Assembly (NCBI RefSeq): GCF_001194135.2 | Contig: NC_068981.1 | Location: forward strand, 129,242,439-129,284,613 | Reading direction: 5' to 3' | Length of the DNA stretch: 42,175 nt | Origin: Octopus bimaculoides | Lineage: Eukaryota | In this document: in pieces, positions 1 to 12,262 of the stretch | Position numbering within the stretch: position 1 is the stretch's first letter | Layout of the letters: each line of letters begins with the position of its first letter | The notes under the pieces: model-generated | What the model saw: only the letters and a program-made list of their open reading frames with translations | Databases searched by the model: none | What the model was told of the DNA's origin: nothing | Position numbers and translations under genes: made by a program

Positions 1-220
1 CACCATTTCGAGCGTGGCCATTTTCGTGCGGGTGACACGTAAAAGCACCCACTACACTCTCTGAGTGGTTGGCGTTAGGAAGGGCATCCAGCTGTAGAAA
101 CTCTGCCAAATCAGACTGGAGCCTGGTGTTGCCATCCGGTTTCACCAGTCCTCAGTCAAATCGTCCAACCCATGCTAGCATGGAAAGCGGACGTTAAACG
201 ATGATGATGATGATGATGAT
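1..220 (+). mobile_element. 3' end of a retroposon (RTE-LINE-type 3' UTR/shared tail), truncated by window edge
   Basis: GGTTGGCGTTAGGAAGGGCATCCAGCTGTAGAAAC core, then CATGCTAGCATGGAAAGCGGACGTTAAAC and a (GAT)n tail; near-identical to 6946-7117. RTE assignment is from recall. Confidence 0.75.
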
Positions 221-229
221 GTCATAAAA

Positions 230-400
230 AATGCTTTGCAGTGTTTGTTTCAGCTCTTAATGTTCTGAACCCAAATCCTATTGAAGTCACCTTTGTCTTT
301 CATCCTTTTTTTGAATTGATAAAATAAAGTACTACTCAAATACTGGTGTCAATGATATCACCTAAACTCCTTCCCCTCAAAACTGTTGGCCTTGCGCCAG
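230..400 (+). mobile_element. Degenerate tRNA-type SINE (family C here)
   Basis: Similar to the copies at 17-19 kb (..CTTTGTCTTTCATCCTTTT..GATAAAATAAAGTAC..GGCCTTGCGCC). Confidence 0.6.
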
Positions 401-594
401 TGACATAGAACAAGGCCAGCAATTTGCGGTTTAGGTTGCACCCTTCCTTAAACATAACATATCTTCAACTACAGTAGCAACCCTATGTAGTGCACACACC
501 CTGTACTCCCCATGCTATGCCATTGCCTTGTGTCTTAATCAGAAACCATTTTTATTTTAATTTACATTGTTTCTATTTTGTTTCTTATTCTCAG

Positions 595-779
595 ACAGCA
601 GAAGAATTGAGCAGGCTTGAAGAAAAACTCAGTAAATATGGTAAAATCACTGTTGACATTTCGGATCAAGAAAGTCCACGATTCTCTATAGCAGAACTTC
701 GGGAAGTTCTAAAAGAGAGGAATGAGTTGAAAGTACGCTTGATAGAAATTGAAGAAGAATTAAAAAAATATAAACCAAA
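595..779 (+). CDS. RILPL1: RILP-like protein, internal exon encoding the RH2 (Rab-binding) domain
   Basis: Polypyrimidine tract plus AG at 593-594; GTAAGC donor at 780. Peptide TAEELSRLEEKLSKYGKITVDISDQESPRFSIAELREVLKERNELKVRLIEIEEELKKYKP matches the RILP-family RH2 motif PRF(T/S)xxELRxVLxERNELK. Orthology to RILPL1 versus RILP/RILPL2 is unresolved. An alternative AG exists at 597-598. Confidence 0.92.
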
Positions 780-879
780 GTAAGCTTCAATTTATAATTT
801 AGCATTAATTTGTTTTTATTAATGTTACTCAATATAAGTACCAATATTATAATCATGGTCATGGTCATGGTGATGATAG

Positions 880-1026
880 TCATGTCATTCTGTTATGGTG
901 CTGAGCTGCTTTCCACCCACATTGTTCCAGGTTCAATCCCACATCTGTGTGACATTTTGGCATCTTCTACTATAACCTAGAGTGGATTTGGTATACAGAA
1001 AGTGAAAGAAACCCATTACAGAGAGA

Positions 1027-1066
<40 letters not shown>

Positions 1067-1310
1067 TATGTGTGTGTGTGTGTGTGTGTTACTGTCTCCT
1101 TGCCTAGACATCATATGGTAGTTGTAAATGGGTGTCAGTTACATAAGTGGTGTCCTTCCTTTCTAATCTTCTGTGAAAATATGCCCCGTCTTGAAGAAAT
1201 ATTACTTTGCTTGGAAGCAAGAAGGGCATCTCACTGTAGAAAGTTTGCTTCATCAAATTCCTTCCAACCTAAGCAAGCATGGAAAAGTGAACTTTAAAAT
1301 GATTATAACA
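880..1310 (+). mobile_element. Degenerate SINE (family D here) with internal (GA)n(GT)n microsatellite at 1021-1089
   Basis: B-box-like GGTTCAATCC head, body shared with 11765-12180, and 3' TTCCAACC..GCATGGAAAAG tail. Confidence 0.6.
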
Positions 1311-1509
1311 ATGTTAAAGATTCAAGAGTTGAATGTTTAGTACTTGAACTATTATGCAAGGTTCATAACTTTGCTTGTTCTAAATTGTTTGCCTGACAAA
1401 AACTGGTTCTACTTTATAACTGAATAAAGTACAAAAAAACTGTTGCAAGGAAAACCATCCCTTCCATGGTATCAAAAGAGAAACAAATGTACAGCAGTAA
1501 ATTAGGTGT

Positions 1510-1895
1510 GTGGAGGCACAATGGCCCAGTGGTTAGGGCAGCAGACTCGCGGTCATAGGATCGCGGTTTCGATTCCCAGACCGGGTGTTGTGAGTGTTTA
1601 TTGAGCGAAAACCCCTAATGTTCCATGAGGCTCCGGCAGGGGATGGTGGCGAACCCTGCTGTACTCTTTCACCACAACTTTCTCTCACTCTTACTTCCTG
1701 TTTCTGTTGTGCCTGTAATTCAAAGGGTCAGCCTTGTCACACTCTGTGTCGCGCTGAATATCCCCGAGAACTACATTAAGGGTACACGTGTCTGTGGAGT
1801 GCTCAGCCACTTGCACGTTAATTTCACGAGCAGGCTATTCCGTTGATCGGATCAACTGGAACCCTTGACGTCGTAAGCGACGGAGTACCAACAAC
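1510..1895 (+). mobile_element. Full-length tRNA-derived SINE (family A here)
   Basis: A-box TGGCCCAGTGG, B-box-like GTTTCGATTCC, (CAA)n tail; TSD AAATTAGGTGT at 1499-1509 and 1896-1906; three more copies in window. Confidence 0.92.
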
Positions 1896-2258
1896 AAATT
1901 AGGTGTGTATAAGTGTATACACGCACACATAACTCAGCTATTATGAAAGTTACTTGTTCAAGATACCATGTAGTGAGGCCAAACCCATAGCTACATTGTT
2001 ACAAATTTAACTTTATTACACAGCAGGACTGGCACTAGGAAATGCGGGGTCCAATTAGGGACTTGTCAGTGAGGCCCTCTACTCTACGAAAGCTAAAGAC
2101 TGATGTTTTATACTTTGTGTAGTACACCAGTCCCAGCCGAAAAGCATTGAGGACTTGAAGCTCCATTATTAGTCACAATGACATACTAGAAATTGAAAGC
2201 TCATGAAAGTTTTAATGTTTTATTACAAGTCAAGATAATATTCTTTATTCTTATTCAG

Positions 2259-2312
2259 ACCAGATGATAATCTTCCAAACTCTGAAGGCAACCAGTCTTT
2301 AGCTGAAGAATT
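2259..2312 (+). CDS. RILPL1: RILP-like protein, 54-nt internal exon
   Basis: TTCTTATTCAG acceptor and GTGAGT donor; phase 2 to phase 2, continuing the previous exon in frame as (K)PDDNLPNSEGNQSLAEE(L). Confidence 0.8.
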
Positions 2313-3702
2313 GTGAGTTTGTTTCCTCAAATTTTTTTATTGATGCTAATAGTTTACATATGTTTCAATCTCATTCGGTTCTAAGTTGTTATTGCTCTTG
2401 TTATTATTTTGCCTCTGTTCTATACAAATAGACATATAGTAAGAAGCTTTCTAGACATAACCATCCAATGTATATTTTCAAACTCATCCTGCTTACAATT
2501 GTATTTTATACAAAGGAAGTTGGCTGCTATTCCTTTGCAGGTTAGTGATCATATAGGGTAGGGGTGTCAAGCTCACAGCCCAACTCCAGCTCCTAACCCT
2601 AACCATCCTGCTCAATTTTATACAAAACAAATTATTTTTCATTTCAAAATATTCTGTAAAATACATATCACTAACATGCATTTAATGTTGGAGCCTGGCT
2701 AGAGTCATGTTTAACACCAATCAAATTAGTGCACCTAAAGGAATTCTTTGTTATCTCAATCAATGAAAAATGCTTATGAATGTGTATACTAAAAAATGTG
2801 ACTTTTTTCCATTTCACTTTATCTATACATGCACAGTATGTATAGACAAAGTGGAAAGGAAATAGATCACATTGTTTTATATATTTGTAAGTTCATATAA
2901 CTAGAATCAAGTAATGTTACTCAACAGAGTGCATAGCTCAGAGATTAGAGCAGTGCTCCAGGCAGAGCCACTACTTTTCCAAATTAAGAGATCACAGCTG
3001 TAATACTACAGACATGTCGTAAGAATATCTCAGAAAAGAATTGCTGGACAAATTCTACTGGCAAAAACCAACTGGCAGGTGACTCAGTGGTGGGCCATGA
3101 GGAAGATGGTTGAAAAACATCCATGAGCTTGGTTGGTCTTGTTTGTGGATCCAGCTGGATTAATTGGAAACAGTTGCTTCGGAGAGGATCAAAAATAAGT
3201 GGGTGTAGATGGGATAAGATATCCCTTGAATCTGAATGAATTGTAGTGACATAAAGGACATTGAAAGGTTTTGCAGCTGAAGTAGTACAAGCTCTCTATC
3301 AAGCATTAGTCTTCTCAAGACCTGTATGCATTTATCTCTGTTCTCATTCTAAAGACTCTTACTTCATTAGACTGTATATATTTCATGTGGATAAGTTTTC
3401 TCAAACATTTTTGCACATCAATTTTACTAACTCCTCATATTCTTTTCCATTCTTCATCATTAATAAAGCTGTTATAATGAATATGAATAAAGTTTTTAGG
3501 AATAACTGTTCCTATTCAGCTCATGAGATCTAGTTTATGCTTCAATCTAGCCTACAAAGCCAAATGAGTTTGACACTCCTGACATGGAGATCTCGTGTTG
3601 ACTTGTACTGTGTGGTGGTTATAAGTTGCACATGACATTGTTCATTGCCAGTAAGAATCCTCTCAGATAGGAAGTATTGGAATGACAAATGAAATTGATT
3701 AA

Positions 3703-3915
3703 CCCTTTAGCATTCAAATTATTCTGTCAAACTTAATGCTTATTTATGTTTTGAATTAATCATGTATTAGCTTGTAGTTTTAAAATTTTGGTAAGGCACC
3801 TGCTAATTTTTAGAATGATATTGTAGGATTGGTGTGAGGGTCCAGATCTGGCCAGTTTGAACATAAAGCAGGTAGACTGTTTTGGCCGGATATGGCCAGT
3901 TTAAATGCTAAAGAG
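3703..3915. mobile_element. piggyBac-type MITE
   Basis: TTAA on both sides (3699-3702, 3916-3919); TIRs CCCTTTAGCATTCAAA / TTTAAATGCTAAAGAG; second copy at 14682-14852. Confidence 0.75.
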
Positions 3916-4600
3916 TTAATATATATCTTGAAATGTTTGGAAATTAGTGTTTAGAAAGATACACATTGAGGTGGTCCTCAGATTGAAGAGCTATATGTTA
4001 TATTTGGAAGAGGACAGGATGAGATATGCAGTGCAGATATTGTGAAGGAACGTATGCTGTTTTTGAAAAGATATATAGACAAGCTTAGCTGGGAATTTTT
4101 TTTTAATTTTATATTTCTGATTAAGAAACTTCACAAATAGCAAAATCTTTAAACTTTGTAGTCTTTGTTAAACATAACAGCAGCATATCTAAAATTTAGA
4201 AAGGACATCATCATTACTGTTAATAGCTGTCACTATTTTACTGATATATATCGATTGTGACTAGAAATGAGCGGCCACCACTAAGTTAAACCCTTTCACA
4301 AACTACTATTTTACATAGAAGCATGTAATGAGTTAACAATTGTAGAGTCATAGCTGTTGTATATTATGTAATAGCCACTATTCATAAGAATTCTTTCTAT
4401 ATAGTTCAGGTTAGAATTGTAAAAGTGAAATGTCTGTAAAAGAAACATGGACCTATTTTCAAAGAATAATATTATAGATCATTTATTTTTTTAATATTAA
4501 CATACTTGCATTTCTTGCTTTCCATCTAAAATATTTTGTTGAAATCTTCATGTCTTCATTAATCTTTCAACTGAACCTATAATTTTTTTTATAATTTCAG

Positions 4601-4714
4601 AACTGATGCTACAGAAACCTCTTCTGAAGAGGAAGGTCCTGTACAAGGCCCCATCAATCAGGAGCCATTTGAAAAATTATATCCATATAACAAGGACAGT
4701 CAGATCCGTAAATT
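4601..4714 (+). CDS. RILPL1: RILP-like protein, internal exon with the PVQGPIN motif
   Basis: T-rich acceptor ending TTTCAG at 4600; GTAAGT donor at 4715; in frame TDATETSSEEEGPVQGPINQEPFEKLYPYNKDSQIRK. PVQGPIxxEPxEKL is the post-RH2 motif I recall from RILP-like proteins. Ends in phase 2 (TT). Confidence 0.9.
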
Positions 4715-5524
4715 GTAAGTTATTTATTTGAAAGATTTCTTTTATTTATCCAAAAGTTTATGGTCTGTTTTCTCAACTGCATAGATTCTAACTTCATACA
4801 GATACTCTATGCCTTAAAATTAGATTATACCAAATATGTGGGTATTTATTCACATTGAGGTTTGTTATGACAATCAACTTGTGACATCTCCTTTACGAAG
4901 GGAAACCATTTTGTGCAGAAATCATCTCTTGATTTTTCTATCATGTTTCTTGTTGACTAACACTGAAATTTAGTTTATTGTCCCATTGAGATTTTTACAA
5001 CTAACTTCTATATAGCAATATATTTATATCTGGAGACTGGGGAAGGGGAGGGGTGCATTCAATCAGAACAAAGGGTATTTAGAGTTTCAGATATTCTGCT
5101 TCTCTCTGAATACCATTTTTGAAAACCTTGTGTGTAAAAATGTATGTATATATAGTTATTTAAGTGTGTGTGTTAAAAAAATCTAAGCATATGCTGGTTG
5201 ATCAGTTTAATGTTGAGTTTTCTAAAAATTGATATACACACCTTCACATCTACAAGTAGTTTTCTTTTTAATTTATGCTGCTAAGACCATGTTGTATCTG
5301 ATTGTCTTGATTGTTACCATACACTCAGTTTCAATGATTTAGTGCTAGTAGGTCATTTATAATTACACAGAAAAATATATTGTTTATCTATACCAAGTAA
5401 CATGCTGAATAGCATTACAACTTCAAATCTTATAGGCACCCATGCATGCTGCAAAGTTAGAGGGAATGTTCTCTTCTAGTTGATTATTTGTTAATGGCAG
5501 AGAGTATTCCACCTAATTTTAATA

Positions 5525-5770
5525 TCATCATCGTTTAACATCCATCTTCCATGCATGCATAGGTTGAATGGTTGACAGGAGCCAGCCAGGTAGAAGACTA
5601 CCCCAGCCTACTGTGTCTGTTTTGGCAGAGTTTTTACAGCTGGATGCCCTTCCTAACACCAACCACTCTGCAGAGTAGACTCGGTGCTTTTTACATGTTA
5701 CTAACACAGGCGAGGTTAGTTTGGGGATGCTTTTTAAGTGGCAACAGCATTGGCAGGGTCACCAAGTAAC
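5525..5770 (-). mobile_element. Retroposon fragment with RTE-type shared 3' tail
   Basis: Reverse complement reads GTGGTTGGTGTTAGGAAGGGCATCCAGCTGTAAAAACTCTGCC...GATGTTAAACGATGATGAT. Confidence 0.7.
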
Positions 5771-6214
5771 TTGCAAGACAAGGAATTTTGAGAGGGGCAG
5801 GGACATTTGAGGAGGGAATGTTAGAGTGTGACTGAGAGACAGAGAGGCAGAAAAAGGTGTCTTGCTGTAGAGGAGGTACATGGTTATCTTTATTAATTTT
5901 GAATTTATATTGAGTTCTATCTCATTTTTTTCAATTGTGTGAAAAATGTGTTATGTATATGACAAATTTAAATGCTTAAAGCCTAATTAGTTCTGGTGCA
6001 TGATAATGATGATAATAGTTTTATAACCACAAATCTATAATGTATTCTTCTTGTTAATAGTTGCTGGATAACAATATTCTACAGCAAGATGGAGTATGTT
6101 TTAAGCATATGAATATGTTATAAACTAAACAGTTCAATTTGCTTTCACAAACTGAACTATTTAGTTGTCGCAGTGAATGGCATTCCATATAATTTTATCC
6201 TACATATATGTCAT

Positions 6215-6600
6215 TATCATCATTATTTGATGTACACTTTTTAATGCTTGTATGGGTCAGAAAGAATTTGTTGGGGCATAATTTCTACGGCTGGATGCTC
6301 TCCCTGTCACCAACCATCACCTGTTTCCAAGCAAGGTAATATTTCCCCATAAACAGGCATGTTTTCATGGAAGATTGGAAACGAAGGGCACCACTTACAT
6401 GACAGCAGCACTCATTTACAACCCTTGCACAATGTTAAGACAAGGAGATAACACACACACACATGTGCATGCATGTACGATTGGCTTTTTTCTCTTTCTG
6501 CCTATGAAATCCACTCAGAAGGCCTTGGTTGACCTGGGGCTAGAGTTGAAGACACTTACTCTAGGTGCCAAGTGGTGAGACTGAACCCAAATCATGAGAT
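6215..6600 (-). mobile_element. SINE (family D), inverted relative to 11765-12180
   Basis: Reverse complement shares GGGGAAATATTACCTTG..GGAAA..GGTGATGGTTGG with 12027-12075. Confidence 0.6.
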
Positions 6601-6857
6601 TATGAAGCAAATTTATTTTTTACTTTATTTTTTTTTTGTCTTCATTTTAGCTGAAAGCGTGTTACTTAATTTCAAAGAATAAGAAATGGTATAACATAAA
6701 TAAAATCTAAGAAAATAATACTAGAAAGAAAATAAATTCCTTGCTTTTATTCAATCTGTTTCACACTGAGGCTGTTATGACAATGTAGCAATAAATTTTG
6801 ATATATACTCATAACCTAGTGAAAAAGATTATTATAACAAAAGGATAAAATTTTTTT

Positions 6858-8260
6858 GAATACTTTTGAGTATATACCAAATTTTACCACAATAGAGGGA
6901 GGAAAAGGAATTACATAGAAATAGTTTAATATTTATACATATTATTCCTACACTCTATGAGTGGTTGGCGTTAGGAAGGGCATCCAGCTGTAGAAACTCT
7001 GCCAAATCAGATTGGAGTCTGGTGTAGCCATCTGGTTTCACCAGTCCTCAGTCAAATCGTCCAACCCATGCTAGCATGGAAAGCGGACGTTAAACGATGA
7101 TGATAATGATGATGACGATTATATGCTTAAATACGAACTTATTAGATGGTATCTGTGAAGATTGATCATTGGTATTTACTGGTATTAAATAAAGGAGCAC
7201 TGAGGCAAAAGAACATGCTAACTATATATTAATTAAATTATAATCTAAGCAGTTTATTTTAAGTAGTGAAGATACCGGTATTGTTATATATAAGCTAAGT
7301 ATGAATTTATAGGGGTACAAAAATTAGATTTATTTTATAAATAAAGGCTATTATAAAATAATAAAATTATCAGATAGGGCAGAACACCATACATAGAAAA
7401 GGAATAAAATAGCTTGATCACTAAAATCATGATAAAGTATATATACCTTATTAACATTAATAGAGAAGATTTATAGAAAATTTTTAATAATTCAAGTATT
7501 TCAAACTAAAAATTGTTTATTTACTTATTTAGTTTGTATCAATAAAGACTGATACCTGGTATTAGCTAAAGGAATACTGATGTTATAGAACATGCTAATT
7601 ATATACTAATTATAAACTAAGAGGTATATTATAGGTTTTAAAAGTTATTAATGTTAATCCATACATGATATTATAGTTTCTTAAGGGTATTTAATTAGAA
7701 GGGCTAGTTACGTAAAGGCCCTTATAAATACTAAGATCGGGAGGGTGGATCACTTTAAGAAAGGGATAAATAAAGTAATTACTAAAACCATTTTAAACAA
7801 TATAGCCATATTGTATAAAGTTAAAATTTAGGGTTATCAAGATTATTAAGAATATATACTTTTGAGTATATACCAAATTTTACATTAGAGGGAGGAAAAG
7901 AAATTACATAGAAATAGTTTAATATTTATACATATTATATACTTAAATATTAACTTATTAGATGGTCTCTATGGAGATTGATCAATTGGCATTTACTGGT
8001 ATTTAATAAAGGAGCACTGAGGCGAAAGAACATGTTAACTATATATTAATTAAATTATAATCTAAGCAGTTTATTTTAAGTTGTGAAGATACCGGTATTG
8101 TTTTATATAAGCTAAGTATGAATTTATAGGGGTACAAGAATTAGGTTTATTTCATAAAGACAATTATAAAGTATTAAAATGATCAGGTAGGGTAGAACAC
8201 CATAGAAAAGGAATAAAATAGCTTAATCACTAAAAACCATGATGAAGTATATATACACTT
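6858..8260. repeat. Direct duplication of an AT-rich unit: about 6858-7457 versus 7857-8257
   Basis: Both begin ATACTTTTGAGTATATACCAAATTTTAC and stay alignable for about 400 nt; only copy 1 contains the 6946-7117 insertion. Confidence 0.9.
6946..7117 (+). mobile_element. 5'-truncated retroposon tail insertion
   Basis: Nearly identical to 50-220; flanked by ATTAT at 6941-6945 and 7118-7122; empty site with a single ATTAT at 7934-7938. Confidence 0.9.
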
Positions 8261-8500
8261 TCTTCCTGATACCTTAGTAGCTTCTAAGCTGGAGTGAAGA
8301 CAGCATGTTCTTTGTCTATCTCGTTACCTTCGTGGAGGTTTTAGGTAAAATTATACTAATATGTCCATTTGTTTTAATTTAATTCTATGTCTTTATGCAG
8401 CTGAGGATTGCTCTACATTTAAATTGATGTAATGATTGCATTGCTCAATTAAATGGAGTTGCTTGAAACGATCGTATTGCATTACCTCTGTTGCTTATTT

Positions 8501-8505
<5 letters not shown>

Positions 8506-8540
<35 letters not shown>

Positions 8541-9069
8541 NNNNNNNNNNNNNNNNNNNNNNNNNNNNNNNNNNNNNNNNNNNNNNNNNNNNNNNNNNNN
8601 NNNNNNNNNNNNNNNNNNNNNNNNNNNNNNNNNNNNNNNNNNNNNNNNNNNNNNNNNNNNNNNNNNNNNNNNNNNNNNNNNNNNNNNNNNNNNNNNNNNN
8701 NNNNNNNNNNNNNNNNNNNNNNNNNNNNNNNNNNNNNNNNNNNNNNNNNNNNNNNNNNNNNNNNNNNNNNNNNNNNNNNNNNNNNNNNNNNNNNNNNNNN
8801 NNNNNNNNNNNNNNNNNNNNNNNNNNNNNNNNNNNNNNNNNNNNNNNNNNNNNNNNNNNNNNNNNNNNNNNNNNNNNNNNNNNNNNNNNNNNNNNNNNNN
8901 NNNNNNNNNNNNNNNNNNNNNNNNNNNNNNNNNNNNNNNNNNNNNNNNNNNNNNNNNNNNNNNNNNNNNNNNNNNNNNNNNNNNNNNNNNNNNNNNNNNN
9001 NNNNNNNNNNNNNNNNNNNNNNNNNNNNNNNNNNNNNNNNNNNNNNNNNATATATATATATATATATAT
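8506..9069. repeat. (TA)n microsatellite flanking an assembly gap (N 8541-9049)
   Basis: Directly visible. Confidence 0.95.
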
Positions 9070-9290
9070 AGGGTGTCCGTAAAGTTACTATACAGTTATT
9101 TGTAATAAAGAAATATCATGGTTAGACGAAAAAGATTTTCAGGAAATGTTCAAATTGTAATCCATTAGCTTCAATGCATTCTCAACAGCGTGAAAGCACA
9201 CTGTGACAAACTTTGGTATACAAGTTTGAATCAAGGTTAGCAAATGCATCAATAATGAACTGCCAAAGATCTTCAATACTTCAATACTTT
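9070..9290 (-). mobile_element. 3' terminal fragment of a Tc1/mariner-superfamily transposon
   Basis: TA followed by GGGTGTCCGTAAAGT (TIR-like); minus strand reads IEDLWQFIIDAFANLDSNLYTKVCHSVLSRC*ECIEANGLQFEHFL, resembling the C-terminal xGxxFEH transposase end. Confidence 0.6.
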
Positions 9291-9849
9291 TATATATAAA
9301 ACCTCTCACAAATGTGTGTGTGTGTGTGTGTACACACACTCAAATGTATATAGAGACCCCCACTAAAAAGATAATTCACATATCTTGAACAAAAACCAGT
9401 CAATCATTTAATGACTTCCCCAGATTAAAACCAAAAATTTATTGAAATTAATTAATAACTAGATATTTCTGGATAAACTTGTCATTTAAGTAACCCTCCC
9501 AGAAATCATTTGTTCTTTGTTTCATTCTTCTACAAATAGTTGACATTACTTCACATACACTGAAATCAGTAAATAGCTGGCTGTTTTGGACAAAGATATC
9601 ACTCAAACTTCTAAACTTATCTATTCTTTGTTTAAACATTCACTACACACACACATATATATAGATTCAGAACAACAAACAGATAGTCAAACATCTTAAC
9701 TGGCCACTCCCAAAGCTTACTTATTCTTTATCGAACCCCACTGGATTCAAGTTAACAAATTTATTAAGAATATACGAATTATCTTTTATCTTTTACTGGC
9801 TTCAGCCACAAACTGAGACTATACCTGAGCACTGCCTTTCAGTGTGATT

Positions 9850-11240
9850 GGGTTTCTTTTCTGTGCCTCCTGATATGATGTGGGTTCATCTGATATCTGA
9901 AAAAAGTTGTCCAGACATTCTTTGAAGATCTCCACATCTACACCTCACAAGTTTCTGAGGTTGTTTGGCACAATGTTGAATAATTGTGAACCCTTGAAAC
10001 TCAAGCTGGATTCTTATACAAGATGGAGAAGATGGGATTTTTGGCACTATGCAGTGCTATCCAGTTCAGTTGTTGGTATAGTTTTCAGTTCTAAAGTTAG
10101 GTAGACCTTCCAGGATCTTCCTTATGCATATCACTGCATATCTTTCATGTCTTCTTTCTAGGGAGTAGAGCTTCAGTTCCTTTGGCCTCTCCCAGCAGCT
10201 CATCTATTGCACTGAGTCAATCTTCTTTGTGTAGTGACATTGGATTGCCTTGAGTTCCACCACTAGTTTGACACTCTATGGGAACCACAGTTGGGAGCAG
10301 TAATCAAGATGACTAAGAATTGGTTCTGAAAGATCTCCGAATCCAGCCAGCCACTTGCCTACACATTTTAGTTAACATGTACATGGAATGTTTCATTATT
10401 ACTCATGTGGATTCCCAGGTTATGCACTGACTCTAATTCTGGGATTACCTTACCCATCGTTTTGTGTATTCTGGTTGTAGTCTGTTTCTGAGCCAATAGT
10501 GGAATGCTTGAAACTTCTCAGGGCCCTTGACTACCTGTGATACTTTTGTATCATCAGCATAGCTGGTGAGAATGGCTGACTGTATAGATGAGGGAATACA
10601 AGGGTCAGCTGAAAAGTTCACAGGCTGACCAATACACACCCTTGGAATGTAACCAAATGAGTTTATTTTTCAACATAGACCCCCTTGCAGTCCTCACACT
10701 TCTTCCATCACTGTTGCAGTGCTTAGATCCCATTGATGAAGAAGCTTCCATCCTGTTGGTCAAAAAAGTCAGCACCAGATATGGCATCATCATCACTGCA
10801 ATACTGGTTCCTAACCAAGTGTTTTTTCATGTTGATAGTCAGGTCGGGCTAAATCAGGACAACAGGGAGGATAATCAACCAGTTCAAAGCCATAGTCACA
10901 CACAGCGGTCATTGAATCCAAGGACTTGTGTGCTGGAGCATTGTCCTGATGAAACAAGACCCCTTTTGTCAGTTTTCCTGGATGTTTGGTTTTGATGGCC
11001 TTTTGTAATTGCTTCAGCAAGTTGGCATAGTACCCTCCATAAGAAGAGTTGAAATGAATGCATGCAACATTTCACATTTCTAGCAATCACTCCTTCATAG
11101 TCAGCTTATGAACTTTTCAGCCCACCCTCATATTTGAGAGAGCGACTACAAACAGTAGTGATTTTAGTATAGTTCCCCAAGGGATTCTGCTGAGAACTGA
11201 ATTCTCCCCAGAGAGAGCACTATTAGCTACAACTATAAAG
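9850..11240 (-). mobile_element. Decayed CR1/L2-group LINE reverse transcriptase fragment, split by a mariner
   Basis: Removing 10599-11130 and one TA restores VVANSALS..SRIPWGTILKSLLFVVALSNIPSSIQSAILTSYADDTKV (PQG and YADD motifs); downstream HLDYCSQLW and LKLYSLERRHERY. Confidence 0.85.
10599..11130 (-). mobile_element. Internally deleted mariner transposon (resembles irritans/Hsmar2-type)
   Basis: TA TSDs at 10597-10598 and 11131-11132; about 32-bp TIRs CAAGGGTCAGCTGAAAAGTTCACAGGCTGACC / reverse complement TGAGGGTGGGCTGAAAAGTTCATAAGCTGACT; ORF 10811-11020 has KHPGKLTKGVLFHQDNAPAH..YPPCCPDLA. Confidence 0.92.
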
Positions 11241-11276
11241 TCCCTGACGTTTTTTCAACAAATAGCTGTCATCTCT

Positions 11277-11307
<31 letters not shown>

Positions 11308-11764
11308 GAAAACCCCATATGCAGTAATCCACATTTTCTTACAAGGTCCTTGAGAAATAAAAGTGCTAAAAGAATATAAGTAATACATAATGTTTCTTCA
11401 TCTTCTTCTTGTGTTAAAGTATAAAATTTGTACATCATTTTACACATACACATATTTAACATATAAATATATGTGTATGTACAGACCCAGACATTTACGT
11501 ATGCATGTGTATTAGAAATCATTCGATGACACACATTTGTTCTCAGTTTTACACCATATGTACATATATGCACTCACACACACACACACACACACATGCA
11601 TATATGGCAGAAAAAAGACAGATGTTTGTAAGCTAGGAAATTTATATATGTAACAGAGATATCAGAAAAACAACTGCTACCAATTTCATATCTAAGAAGT
11701 ATGCTTAGATATTTTAGAACAGATAGATTTTTTCATTCAATTTATTTGTTTTATTTATACATGC

Positions 11765-12180
11765 AGTTGTGGCTTTGAGATTAAGAATCTGGCTTCTCAA
11801 CTATATGGTCTTAAGTTCAGTCCCATTGCACAGCACTTTGGCCAAGTGTTTTCTACTATAGCCCCCAAGCTAACCAAAGCCGTATGAATGGATTTGGTAG
11901 ACAGAAACTTAGAGACGTTCAGTGTGTTTGTGTGTATGTGTGTGTGACCTTGTGTGTGTGTACGCTTGTGTTGTGATGATTGTAAATAAGCACCACTGTC
12001 ATACAAGCAGTGTTGCTTGATTCTAGTCTTCCACGGGGAAATATTACCTTGTTTGGAAATAGGTGATGGTTGGTAACAAGGAAGACATCTAACAATATAA
12101 AAAAATCTGCCTCAACAAATTCTGTCTGACTCATGTACCATAGAAATGTCGACATTTCATTACAAAGACAATGATGATTA
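11765..12180 (+). mobile_element. SINE (family D)
   Basis: tRNA-like head (..AAGTTCAGTCCCATTGCACAGCACTTTGGCCAAGTG), internal (GT)n, RTE-like tail ending ATGATGATT. Confidence 0.7.
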
Positions 12181-12262
12181 TTATTTGTTTTTATTTATAT
12201 ACCAATATGTAACTTTTAATTTTTCATGGCTAGTCATAACACTCTAGATTTAGAAGACCTAT

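Noticed and set aside
490-594. N-terminal part of ORF 490-783 (MHTPCTPH...)
   Set aside because: Intronic read-through: T-rich polypyrimidine tract ending in AG at 594; RILP similarity begins only after it
1510-1590. tRNA gene (also at 12263, 28327 and 29652)
   Set aside because: A/B-box head continues into a ~310-nt shared body with tail and TSDs, so these are SINEs
6858-8260. Definite mitochondrial insertion (NUMT)
   Set aside because: AT-rich and skewed, but I found no recognisable mitochondrial protein, rRNA or tRNA; left as an untested hypothesis
8436-9105. Three ~200-aa ORFs
   Set aside because: Artefacts of (TA)n plus the N-gap
10588-10995. 135-aa plus-strand ORF
   Set aside because: Antisense frame of the mariner transposase remnant; the same applies to 40330-40563 and 40529-40828
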